Shown: piece after piece, positions 20,836-28,918 of the stretch
Position numbering within the stretch: the first letter of the stretch is position 1
How the letters are laid out: each line of letters begins with the position of its first letter
NCBI GenBank assembly: GCA_943357285.1
Contig: CALRGJ010000003.1
Span: 2,013-66,012, forward strand
Origin: Candidatus Peribacteria bacterium
GTDB lineage: Bacteria; Patescibacteriota; Gracilibacteria; UBA1369; LOWO2-01-FULL-3
DNA: 64,000 nt
Direction of reading: 5' to 3'
Notes under the pieces: generated by a model
What the model was told of the DNA's origin: nothing
The model's input: the letters and a program-made list of their open reading frames with translations, nothing else
The model's database searches: none
Position numbers and translations under genes: made by a program

Positions 20836-22325
20836 TCTACGAAGTGGCAACCTAGCGATTTTTGGCGATGGTAAGCTGCTTGAAGAATGAGAATTCCTAC
20901 TTTTGCCATGTTCTCTGTTTCGGTAAGGGTTTGGTTTGTAAGAATTTTATTTTGAGAAAGTTGGAAAAGTTTTGTGAGAATTTTTTGCATTTGGGGAATA
21001 GCTTCTTTTTTTATTAAGCTGCGATTTCTGATAATGCCGGCGTATTGCCACATGAGATGTTTTATCTGTTGTTTGAGATGAAGTGCTAATTTTGTTGTAG
21101 GAGAATTTTTTGGTAAAAGTTTTGGTGAGGATATTTTGTCATCAAATTTTGTCGCTGATTTTTTTAATTTTTTTATAATTTGATTGCTGAAAACCAGGGC
21201 TTCTAGCAACGAATTTGAGGCTAAACGATTGGCTCCATGGACTCCAGTACAGGTGACTTCTCCAAAAGCAAAGAGATTTTTAATTCCTGTGCGACCGTAT
21301 AAGTCGGTAACAATTCCTCCGCAAATATAATGTGCTGCAGGAGTTACTGGAATAAGATCTTTTTCCATTTTATAGCCATCTTTTAACAGCTGTTTGTAAA
21401 TTTGAGGAAAACGATTTTTGAGAAATTTTGCTGAATGTTTAGTGCATTTAGTCGTGCAATCCAGGAAAACCGGACCATTTTTCATCTGGGCATATATTTC
21501 ACGGGCAACAATATCGCGAGGTGCGAGATCTTTTAAAGGATGTAATGTTTCCATGAAATATTCTCCTTTGCTGTTTATTAGTTTGGCTCCTTCGCCACGT
21601 ACTGTTTCTGACACCAGAAAGCGTGGGTAGCTGTTTGTCTCTAGAGCTGTAGGATGAAATTGAATGAATTCTAAATCATCTGTTTTGCAGCCTGCTGAGA
21701 CTCCAAGAGCAATTCCATCCCCGGTGGAAATTGGTGGATTGGTGGTGAATTCATAGAGTTGTCCAATTCCTCCGGTGGCTATGATTGTTTGGTTTGCAAG
21801 AATCGTTTTAATCTTGTTTTTATGAATAATTTGAGCTCCAAAGCATGCTTTGGTTTTAGTAATTAGTTTTAGAGCAAATGCATCTTCCAAAATTGTGATA
21901 TTTTTATTATCTTTCACTCTTTTTACAAGAATTCTTTCTATTTCTTTTCCGGTGTAATCTCCTACATATGCGATACGACGGTGATGATGCCCACCTTCTT
22001 GAGTTAACTTTAATTCTCCATTTTCTTTGGCAAATTTTACTCCGAGATCCATGAGTCTGTGTACTGCTGAGGTAGAATTTTTTACCATGAATTCAACGGC
22101 CTTTTTGTTATTGTGATATGCGCCAGTTTCGAGAGTGTCTTTTACGTGTTGTTTAATGTCATCAGTTTTATCAAGAACAGCTGCTATTCCACCTTGGGCA
22201 TAGTTGGTACTGGTATCAATAATTTTCTTTTTTGTAACTATAAGGACCTTGCCTTTTTTGGCTGCATTGAGAGCAAAATTCAGGCCAGAAATTCCTGACC
22301 CTATAACTAGAAAGTTTGTAAGCAT
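20832..22325 (-). CDS. nadB: L-aspartate oxidase
   Basis: FAD fold 'VIGSGISGL', 'AQGGIAA', 'HPT', 'GGI.TD..GRT.I..LFAFGE...[16 protein letters not shown]'. Confidence 0.9.
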   Translation of the reverse strand: MLTNFLVIGSGISGLNFALNAAKKGKVLIVTKKKIIDTSTNYAQGGIAAVLDKTDDIKQHVKDTLETGAYHNNKKAVEFMVKNSTSAVHRLMDLGVKFAKENGELKLTQEGGHHHRRIAYVGDYTGKEIERILVKRVKDNKNITILEDAFALKLITKTKACFGAQIIHKNKIKTILANQTIIATGGIGQLYEFTTNPPISTGDGIALGVSAGCKTDDLEFIQFHPTALETNSYPRFLVSETVRGEGAKLINSKGEYFMETLHPLKDLAPRDIVAREIYAQMKNGPVFLDCTTKCTKHSAKFLKNRFPQIYKQLLKDGYKMEKDLIPVTPAAHYICGGIVTDLYGRTGIKNLFAFGEVTCTGVHGANRLASNSLLEALVFSNQIIKKLKKSATKFDDKISSPKLLPKNSPTTKLALHLKQQIKHLMWQYAGIIRNRSLIKKEAIPQMQKILTKLFQLSQNKILTNQTLTETENMAKVGILILQAAYHRQKSLGCHFVD

Positions 22326-22372
22326 GAATGGAGTGTAACAGAAAAGAATCTATGCTGAAATGTAGATGGTGA

Positions 22373-22400
22373 TTGACTTCTTCGTAGTTACTTGTATAAT
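22373..22400 (+). promoter_or_regulatory. Sigma70-type promoter for the histidine kinase gene
   Basis: TTGACT (22373-22378), 16-nt spacer, TATAAT (22395-22400). Confidence 0.55.
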
Positions 22401-22420
22401 CCCATTCCTTGTATAGTTAT

Positions 22421-23209
22421 ATGCCTGAATTTGAAGATAAAACTAGCGAAGAAGCTGTGGTGGATGATCCTGAAGGATTAATTATGATAGCTAATGCTGC
22501 AAAGCAGGTTGCTGAAGCTGCTTTGGCTGTTGCAGAGGTGAAAATTTTGAATTTGAGGTCTGGTATACATGATGCAAATAATTTATTGGTATCTGTCTTT
22601 GGCTATCTTGAATTAGCGACAATGGGGGTACATGATCCAAATGCCCTTAAGGATTTGGGTATTGTTGCTGATAGTGCTAGAAAACTAAAAGTTTTGTTGA
22701 ATAGAGCTATTACTGATAAGTCTGAATTGCAGCTTAATATTGATCAAGTTGATTTGAATGGGTTAATTAGTGCTGTTTTGATTTCAGCTAGACCATTTAT
22801 TGCTAGGGGAATTAATGTGAATTTCAATCAGCATGATCATCTTAATGTTTATGTAGATATTACAAATTTACATAGTTCTTTATTGAATCTTGTTAAAAAT
22901 GCTGCGGAAGCTTTGGAGGGAACTGTTAATCCTGAAATTTCTTTAAGATTTTTTGTAGATGGTGATGATGTAAAAATTGTTGTGAGTGATAATGGTCCAG
23001 GGATTCCTCAAAATTTACGCGGTCAAATTTTTGAGGCACATGGAGCAAGCACGAAAGGAAATAAGGGGCATGGTTTGGGCTTGCCAATGGTAAGAAAAAT
23101 TATTGAGGCTCATGGAGGGAAAATATTGCTTGATTCTGTTACTGCTGATGAAGGTTCAAATACAGGCACTAAATTTATTGTAGTTTTGCCGTTTACATTT
23201 AAAGAATAG
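22421..23209 (+). CDS. Soluble orphan sensor histidine kinase (HisKA-like + HATPase_c)
   Basis: H-box 'GIHDANNLLVSVFGYLELA', N-box 'NLVKNAAEA', G1 'DNGPGIP', G2 'GHGLGLPMVRKIIEAHGG'. No TM segment and no adjacent response regulator. ATG 22421 is preferred because the track start at 22409 sits at the predicted transcription start. Confidence 0.8.
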   Translation: MPEFEDKTSEEAVVDDPEGLIMIANAAKQVAEAALAVAEVKILNLRSGIHDANNLLVSVFGYLELATMGVHDPNALKDLGIVADSARKLKVLLNRAITDKSELQLNIDQVDLNGLISAVLISARPFIARGINVNFNQHDHLNVYVDITNLHSSLLNLVKNAAEALEGTVNPEISLRFFVDGDDVKIVVSDNGPGIPQNLRGQIFEAHGASTKGNKGHGLGLPMVRKIIEAHGGKILLDSVTADEGSNTGTKFIVVLPFTFKE

Positions 23210-23277
23210 AGATTAGCTGATGGTATTGCCATTTTTTCTCTTTACGCTAATATAACTGGGCTTAATTTAGAGTAAAT

Positions 23278-24663
23278 ATGTCAACATTACCAAAATTCGA
23301 AAAACCAGAGCTTTTATTACCTGCAGGGAATCTATCAAAATTGAAGATTGGTCTTCAGTATGGTGGCGATGCTTTCTTTTTGGGTTTTAGCCCATTTAGT
23401 TTACGTTGTAATGATAATGGTTTTACGATGGAGGATTTGATTGAAGGTGTGAAATTGATTCGTGCAGCCGGAAAGAAATTTTACGTAACGATGAATATCT
23501 CTCCGCGCAGTGAAAAGATGGAGGCTATTAAAAAACATTTAGAATTTTTGAAAGACGAAATTAAGCCAGATGCGCTTCTAGTAGCGGATCCTGGTATTTT
23601 TGAATTAGTGCAGGAATTCTATCCTGAGGCTGTGGTGCATATGTCTGTTCAAGCGAATATTTTGAATTATAGAGGTGTGGATTTTTGGAGAAAACAAGGT
23701 GCTGAGCGTGTGATTTTGCCTCGCGAATTAACATTGAAGGATATTAAAGATATTCATGAAAAAGTTCCTAAAATTGAATTGGAATTCTTTGTGCATGGAG
23801 CGATTTGTATGGCTTATAGTGGCCGTTGTTTGCTTTCTAATTATATGACAGGCCGTGATTCAAATCAGGGTGCTTGTTCTCATAGTTGTAGATGGAAATA
23901 CAAGGTTTTGGATGAAAAGGGTGTGGAAAAAAGAGAAGCGGAATTAGCTAGCGGTGAAAAGAGTTGGAATGGATTGGAGGGAAAAGATAAGAAGGAAGTG
24001 GAGGAAGTTCGTTCAAAGACAATGTATCTTGAGGAAACAAAACGTCCAGGAAAATTTTATAAAGTGGAAGAAGATGATCATGGAACCTATTTTATGAATT
24101 CAAAAGATAATTGTTTATTGCCTTATTTGAGAGATTTGGCTGAAGCGGGAATTTGTAGTTTTAAGGTAGAAGGAAGAAATAAAACTGAATATTATTTAGC
24201 GACTGTGGCAAAAACTTATAGAAAAGCTATTGATGATATGATGGCAGGAAAGCCATTTGATGAGAAATTACTCGAGGAAATTGGCAAGACTGCGAGTCGT
24301 GGATTCATTCCAGGATATTTGTTCGGATACCCTGATGATAATGATACAAACCATGCTAGAAGTTCTTCAATGCAGGACTGGAAATTTGTGGGAATTGTGA
24401 TGGGGGAGGCAGCTGGATTTACTGATGGGGAACATTATGAGATTTCTGTACGTAATCGTTTGGATAAAGGAAAAGAGATTGAAGTAATGACTCCGGATGA
24501 CCAATTTGCTTTGATTGCGGAAGAGATGTGTGACTTGAATGGTAAAGAGGTCGAAGCGATACATGGAGGCGCTGGAAACCGCGTTATTCGTTTAAAAAAA
24601 GGCGTTCCGGTGGGTGCAATGATTAGAGCGAGATGTGAAGAAGGTGAGAAAGGGGAGAATTAA
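23278..24663 (+). CDS. Peptidase U32 family protein (RlhA/TrhP/UbiU-like Fe-S enzyme family)
   Basis: 'ELLLPAGNL..LK.GL.YGGDAFFLG' N-terminus and the conserved Cys cluster 'CMAYSGRCLLSNY...GACSHSCRWKY'. Confidence 0.85.
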   Translation: MSTLPKFEKPELLLPAGNLSKLKIGLQYGGDAFFLGFSPFSLRCNDNGFTMEDLIEGVKLIRAAGKKFYVTMNISPRSEKMEAIKKHLEFLKDEIKPDALLVADPGIFELVQEFYPEAVVHMSVQANILNYRGVDFWRKQGAERVILPRELTLKDIKDIHEKVPKIELEFFVHGAICMAYSGRCLLSNYMTGRDSNQGACSHSCRWKYKVLDEKGVEKREAELASGEKSWNGLEGKDKKEVEEVRSKTMYLEETKRPGKFYKVEEDDHGTYFMNSKDNCLLPYLRDLAEAGICSFKVEGRNKTEYYLATVAKTYRKAIDDMMAGKPFDEKLLEEIGKTASRGFIPGYLFGYPDDNDTNHARSSSMQDWKFVGIVMGEAAGFTDGEHYEISVRNRLDKGKEIEVMTPDDQFALIAEEMCDLNGKEVEAIHGGAGNRVIRLKKGVPVGAMIRARCEEGEKGEN

Positions 24664-25169
24664 GAGTGAAGCTTTAATTTCTCAATTATTGCTTCGCAAT
24701 CTTTTTCGATGTTTTCGCTGCGTTCAAAAATGATGGATGCGCTTTCACAGTAGCGACTATTTCTTTCTTTGTAGATTTGTTTCATCTCTTCTTCGACGGA
24801 TTCTTTATTTGTGAGAGGAGGGCGGTTTTTATCTTTGAGAATGCGGGCTGCGGCGATTTCTGGTTTTACGTAGAGGTAGATGATTTTGCCATTTTTTTTG
24901 AAAGCTTTTTCGTTTTCTTGGTCGAGAATAGTTCCGCCACCGGTAGAGATGACAGTGTTTTTTAATTTGGCTGTTTTTTGTGCAACTTTGGATTCTAAGG
25001 CGCGGAAGTATTCCCAGCCACGTGAGTCTATTATTTCTGGAATTTTTTTCTTTTCTTCTTTTACGATTTCTTCGTCAATGTCGACGAAATTCATCTTTAA
25101 TTTCAGTGCTAGTATTGAGCCGATTTTGCTTTTACCGCTGCCACGAAGGCCGGTTAGGACTATATTCAT
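24660..25169 (-). CDS. aroK: Shikimate kinase
   Basis: P-loop 'LTGLRGSGKSKIG'. 169 aa. Last gene of the aro cluster. Confidence 0.85.
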   Translation of the reverse strand: MNIVLTGLRGSGKSKIGSILALKLKMNFVDIDEEIVKEEKKKIPEIIDSRGWEYFRALESKVAQKTAKLKNTVISTGGGTILDQENEKAFKKNGKIIYLYVKPEIAAARILKDKNRPPLTNKESVEEEMKQIYKERNSRYCESASIIFERSENIEKDCEAIIEKLKLHS

Positions 25170-26431
25170 TTTTGGATTTTTTTTAGATCTTGCCAGAATG
25201 TAGGGTAGCTCTTTGAAACGCAGGATGGATTTTCTATTTTTAGGTTTTTAATTATGGACGTGAGAATGCCAAAGGACATGGCGATACGATGATCGTTGTA
25301 AGTAGCAATTTTAATTAATTTTTTATTTTCAACTTTTTTTAGTTCATTAATTTCTATCCAGTCTTTGCCGGTTTTTACTGTTGCTCCTAATTTTTTTAAT
25401 TCATTTTCTAAGGCTTGAAGACGATCTGTTTCTTTAATGCGTAAATTGGCTATATTTGTGATTTTTGTGCTGCCATTTGTAAACAAAGAGGTGATGGCAA
25501 AAGTCATTACTAGATCTGGAGTTTCGTTCATATCTATGGTGCCAAGGGACTTGAGAACTTTTGGTCCTTCGACGATTGTTCCAGATTTATTTTTCTTTAT
25601 TTTGCAGCCTATTTTTTGAAGATATCTCAAAAATTTTATGTCTCCTTGCAGAGAATTCTCATGAATATTTTGTAAGAGAATTTTTTGTGAATAAATTGCG
25701 GCAAAGGCACCAAAGTATGAAGCAGATGAGGCATCACTTTCAATAATATAGGTCTTAGGGGATTTTGGTTTTTGCTTTGGAGTTATTGTGAATTTTTTGA
25801 AATTTTGGTTATAAACTTTGAGTCCAAATTTATTCATGACTTTAATTGTCATGGCAATATATGGCTTAGAGCAGAGATCTTCGGTGATATTTATAATGGT
25901 TTTATTTTGCGCGAATGGGGCGATCATCAAGAGCGCAGATAGATATTGACTGCTAATATTTCCTGGTAGATTTACTTCTCCACCTTGTAAAAGTTGTGGA
26001 TAAATTTGTATTGGAGGATAACAACTTTTAGTTTCTATTTTTGCTCCGAGTTTATTTAAAGTTTTTGTGAGTTCTGAGATTGGGCGTTCGCGCATACGAG
26101 AGTCGCCGTCGATGATAATCTCATTGCCGGTGAGAGTGGATAAGGCTGTAAGAAAGCGCGTAGTTGTGCCAGCGTTACCGGTAAAAAGGTTTGTTGTTTC
26201 TCCTAATTGTGGAAACTCTAATTTGCCTTTGTCATTCACTCCGGTGATTTTGACCGTGCTATTTTTTTGCTGAATTCCTATGCCTAATTTTTTTAAATTA
26301 GCGATTAAATAATTTGTGTCATCGCAAATCGCCACATTCTTTATTGTTGTAGTTCCTTTGCTCAAAACTGCGAGAATTATTGCTCGATTGCTATGACTTT
26401 TTGAGCCTGGAATGTTTATTTTTTTTAGCAT
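25166..26431 (-). CDS. aroA: 3-phosphoshikimate 1-carboxyvinyltransferase (EPSP synthase)
   Basis: 'PGSKSHSNRAIILA', 'LFTGNAGTTTRFL', 'DHRIAMSF'. Confidence 0.92.
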   Translation of the reverse strand: MLKKINIPGSKSHSNRAIILAVLSKGTTTIKNVAICDDTNYLIANLKKLGIGIQQKNSTVKITGVNDKGKLEFPQLGETTNLFTGNAGTTTRFLTALSTLTGNEIIIDGDSRMRERPISELTKTLNKLGAKIETKSCYPPIQIYPQLLQGGEVNLPGNISSQYLSALLMIAPFAQNKTIINITEDLCSKPYIAMTIKVMNKFGLKVYNQNFKKFTITPKQKPKSPKTYIIESDASSASYFGAFAAIYSQKILLQNIHENSLQGDIKFLRYLQKIGCKIKKNKSGTIVEGPKVLKSLGTIDMNETPDLVMTFAITSLFTNGSTKITNIANLRIKETDRLQALENELKKLGATVKTGKDWIEINELKKVENKKLIKIATYNDHRIAMSFGILTSIIKNLKIENPSCVSKSYPTFWQDLKKIQK

Positions 26432-26604
26432 TTCACGCTGTAGCTATCTTCATTGTTCTTTTTTAGAACCCAAAGTCCGCCGTCTTCTTTTTTCCCGCTA
26501 AAAACTTTGCCATCATCTGCATTTTCTATAGTCTCTTCTCTTGGTACTTTTAGTGCACCAGCTTTTGTTAATTCTTCTAGTGCTTCACGGAGATATGGGT
26601 TCAT
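26425..26604 (-). CDS. Small hypothetical protein embedded in the aro operon
   Basis: The internal ATG at 26604 gives a 59-aa product (MNPYLREALEEL...). It starts 10 nt after the aroB stop and overlaps the aroA start by 7 nt. The longer track ORF would overlap aroB. Confidence 0.4.
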   Translation of the reverse strand: MNPYLREALEELTKAGALKVPREETIENADDGKVFSGKKEDGGLWVLKKNNEDSYSVKC

Positions 26605-26614
26605 GGTGTTTAAG

Positions 26615-27658
26615 TTAAATTTTTTGATTATAAATAATTGCGTTGCCAATTTTTGTTGGCAAAATGAAATTGATAGATTTGCCGTCACTTTTTTTATCGG
26701 TGGTGAGGTTTTTCATTGTTGGCTTGTACATACTGTAGACTGGTAGGCCAGCTTGTTCGAGTAATGCCTTAATCCTGTCAGCATCTTTTTGTTTTAGAAG
26801 TTTTTTTGCTACAGCCATTTCGTTAGCGATTACCATTCCAATACTGATGGCATAGCCGTGGAGTAGAGTGTAGTTGGACATTGTCTCTAGTGCATGACCA
26901 TAGGTGTGACCGTAGTTTAGTAACATACGATTTTTCGCCTCCTTTTCATCATTTTCTACTACCTCAACTTTGATTGCGATAGATTTTTGAATGATATAAT
27001 TAAGAACTTTTTCGTCGTGATTAAAAACTTTTGAAAGATTTTTTTCGAGGTAGCTGAAGAATTTTTCGTCTTTAATTACTCCATATTTGATAATTTCTCC
27101 AAGTCCATTTCTGATCTGATTTTCAGGTAATGTTTTGAGTAAATTAATGTCAATGAAAACAGCTTTCGGTTGAGTGATTGTTCCTAGTAAGTTTTTACCA
27201 ATTTTCAGGTCTACTCCAGTTTTCCCACCGATGGCTGAATCAACCGCGGCTAAGAGAGTGGTAGGAATTTGAACAAAGGGAATTCCACGTAAATAAATTG
27301 AGGCAAGGAATCCTGCAATATCTCCAACTACGCCTCCGCCGAGTGCGATAATGGCATCTTTACGATTGAAACCTTTTTCTACCATTGACTCGGCAAGCTC
27401 TTCAATTGTGCTCAGTGTTTTTGATTTTTCACCGGATTCAAAAGAAAAAATCTCATTCTTAATTCCATTCTTATTAAGAAATTTGGAAATAGTTTGGCCA
27501 TGAATCTTTGCTGTTTTTGAATCTGTAATGATGGCATATTTTTGTCCGAGATTTATTTTTTTCAAAAGGCTTGGTAATTTATTTACCACACCTTTCTCGA
27601 TGAAAACTTTGTAGGAATCATCTATTTCTTTTTTGTGTTTGGCTTGAATGATAGGCAT
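26615..27658 (-). CDS. aroB: 3-dehydroquinate synthase
   Basis: 'GGGVVGDIAGFLASIYLRGIPFVQIPTTLLAAVDSAIGGKTGV', 'NYGHTYGHALE'. Confidence 0.93.
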   Translation of the reverse strand: MPIIQAKHKKEIDDSYKVFIEKGVVNKLPSLLKKINLGQKYAIITDSKTAKIHGQTISKFLNKNGIKNEIFSFESGEKSKTLSTIEELAESMVEKGFNRKDAIIALGGGVVGDIAGFLASIYLRGIPFVQIPTTLLAAVDSAIGGKTGVDLKIGKNLLGTITQPKAVFIDINLLKTLPENQIRNGLGEIIKYGVIKDEKFFSYLEKNLSKVFNHDEKVLNYIIQKSIAIKVEVVENDEKEAKNRMLLNYGHTYGHALETMSNYTLLHGYAISIGMVIANEMAVAKKLLKQKDADRIKALLEQAGLPVYSMYKPTMKNLTTDKKSDGKSINFILPTKIGNAIIYNQKI

Positions 27659-27667
27659 ATACGCTGA

Positions 27668-28681
27668 TTATAATGTCTTTCCGACCGCTTGTATAATTGG
27701 TTTTAAACTTTCGAGCATTTCGGCGAAACGAGCCGGAGTAATTTGTTGTTGTGCATCTGATAAAGCTTTTTCCGGATTTGGATGAACTTCAATGCAAATT
27801 CCATCTGCACCACAGGCAATTGCTGCTTTGCTCATTGGTTCTAATAATGATCTTTTTCCTGTCGCATGAGATGGATCTACGAGAATTGGCAAATGACTTA
27901 ATTCTTTTACAAGTGGCACAGTGGCGAGAGCAAGAGTGTTGCGGGTGTCAGTTTCAAATGTGCGAATGCCGCGTTCGCAAAGAATTACCTGAGGATTGCC
28001 ATGAGACATAATGTATTCAGCGGCGAGGAGTAATTCTTCAATAGTTGCTGAGAGTCCACGTTTCAAAAGCACAGGCTTTTTTACTTTTCCAAGTTCTTTT
28101 AGTAGTTCGAAATTTTGCATATTGCGCGCGCCAACTTGAATCATATCACTTTGTGCAGCGATATTGTCGAGATCGCGAATATCTAGAATTTCTGTAATTG
28201 TAGCCATGCCGTAGCGATCGGCTGCTTCGCGCATCATTTTCAATCCTGGCTTTCCGAGGCCTTGGAAAGAATATGGACCGGTGCGAGGTTTGTAGGCGCC
28301 ACCGCGAAGAATTTTTACTCCTACTTTGGAGAGTTCACGAGCGACTTCTTCCATTTGTTCTTCTGATTCTACGGAGCATGGTCCAGCAATGATTGCCAAT
28401 TGATTACTACCAATTTTTACGCCATTTACTTCAATGATGCTTGGGTCGTGTTTTGTTTCTTTGCTGACGAGTTTGTATGGATGAACGACGCGCATTACTT
28501 TCTCTACGCCTGGTAGGGCTTCGAGGTGTCCTATGCTCAAGTCTCTTTCTTCGCCAATGACGGCGATGACGGTGCGTTCTACACCGTAGAGAGGCATTGG
28601 AGTGAGTCCAATGGATTGAAGTTCTTCAATAATTCTTAGTGCTTCTTCTTTCGGTGCGCCGGCTTGCATTACGATAATCAT
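27668..28681 (-). CDS. aroG: 3-deoxy-7-phosphoheptulonate (DAHP) synthase, type I-beta with N-terminal ferredoxin-like regulatory domain
   Basis: 'IIAGPCSVESEEQ', 'GGAYKPRTGPYSFQGLG', 'LKRG', 'LCERGIRTFE', 'DPSHATG'. The N-terminus 'MIIVMQAGAPKEEALRIIEEL' matches the Thermotoga-type regulatory domain, so ATG 28681 is preferred over the track start at 28726. Confidence 0.9.
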   Translation of the reverse strand: MIIVMQAGAPKEEALRIIEELQSIGLTPMPLYGVERTVIAVIGEERDLSIGHLEALPGVEKVMRVVHPYKLVSKETKHDPSIIEVNGVKIGSNQLAIIAGPCSVESEEQMEEVARELSKVGVKILRGGAYKPRTGPYSFQGLGKPGLKMMREAADRYGMATITEILDIRDLDNIAAQSDMIQVGARNMQNFELLKELGKVKKPVLLKRGLSATIEELLLAAEYIMSHGNPQVILCERGIRTFETDTRNTLALATVPLVKELSHLPILVDPSHATGKRSLLEPMSKAAIACGADGICIEVHPNPEKALSDAQQQITPARFAEMLESLKPIIQAVGKTL

Positions 28682-28709
28682 GGGGTGGGGGTTAAAAAAT
28701 GGGTGAAAT

Positions 28710-28734
28710 AAAAAAAATAGCCTCATTTGAGGCT
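28710..28734 (-). terminator. Attenuator terminator in the aro operon leader
   Basis: On the minus strand: AGCCTC-AAAT-GAGGCT followed by A and eight T. It lies 29 nt upstream of the DAHP synthase ATG. Its 5' arm is also part of an alternative 13-bp hairpin. Confidence 0.65.
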
Positions 28735-28764
28735 TAGATAGAAAAATTAATCTAAAGGCCTCAA
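28727..28764 (-). promoter_or_regulatory. Antiterminator hairpin of the aro leader
   Basis: On the minus strand, TTGAGGCCTTTAGAT (28764-28750) pairs with ATCTAAGCCTCAA (28739-27). This gives 13 bp with a 2-nt bulge. The hairpin sequesters the terminator 5' arm. Confidence 0.6.
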
Positions 28765-28767
28765 AAA

Positions 28768-28848
28768 TTAGCTAAAAAAGTAAAAGAAAGCCCAGTTAAA
28801 AGATTTGTTTTTTGCGAGGTGTGCGATTTTTTGGCTTTCTTGTCTCAT
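28768..28848 (-). CDS. Candidate aromatic-rich leader peptide (MRQESQKIAHLAKNKSFNWAFFYFFS)
   Basis: 26-codon ATG..TAA ORF translated by hand from the minus strand. It is too short for the ORF track. Seven of its last ten codons are Phe, Trp or Tyr. The stop codon lies 3 nt before the antiterminator 5' arm. Confidence 0.55.
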   Translation of the reverse strand: MRQESQKIAHLAKNKSFNWAFFYFFS

Positions 28849-28870
28849 GAAATTTTTATGTTGTGTCTTC

Positions 28871-28899
28871 ATAATATTTGGATAAAATGCCTTTGTCAA
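28871..28899 (-). promoter_or_regulatory. Sigma70-type promoter of the aro operon
   Basis: On the minus strand: TTGACA (28899-28894), 17-nt spacer, TATTAT (28876-28871), about 22 nt upstream of the leader ATG. Confidence 0.65.
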
Positions 28900-28918
28900 T
28901 TTTTAAGATTTGAAAGCT

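Noticed and set aside
28682-28726. Phe-rich N-terminal extension (MRLFFLFHPFFNPHP) of the DAHP synthase ORF in the track.
   Set aside because: The extension is translated from the terminator T-run and the attenuator hairpin. The Thermotoga-type regulatory domain aligns from the internal Met (MIIVMQ...). ATG 28681 is therefore taken as the start, and the Phe codons here are a by-product of the U-tract.
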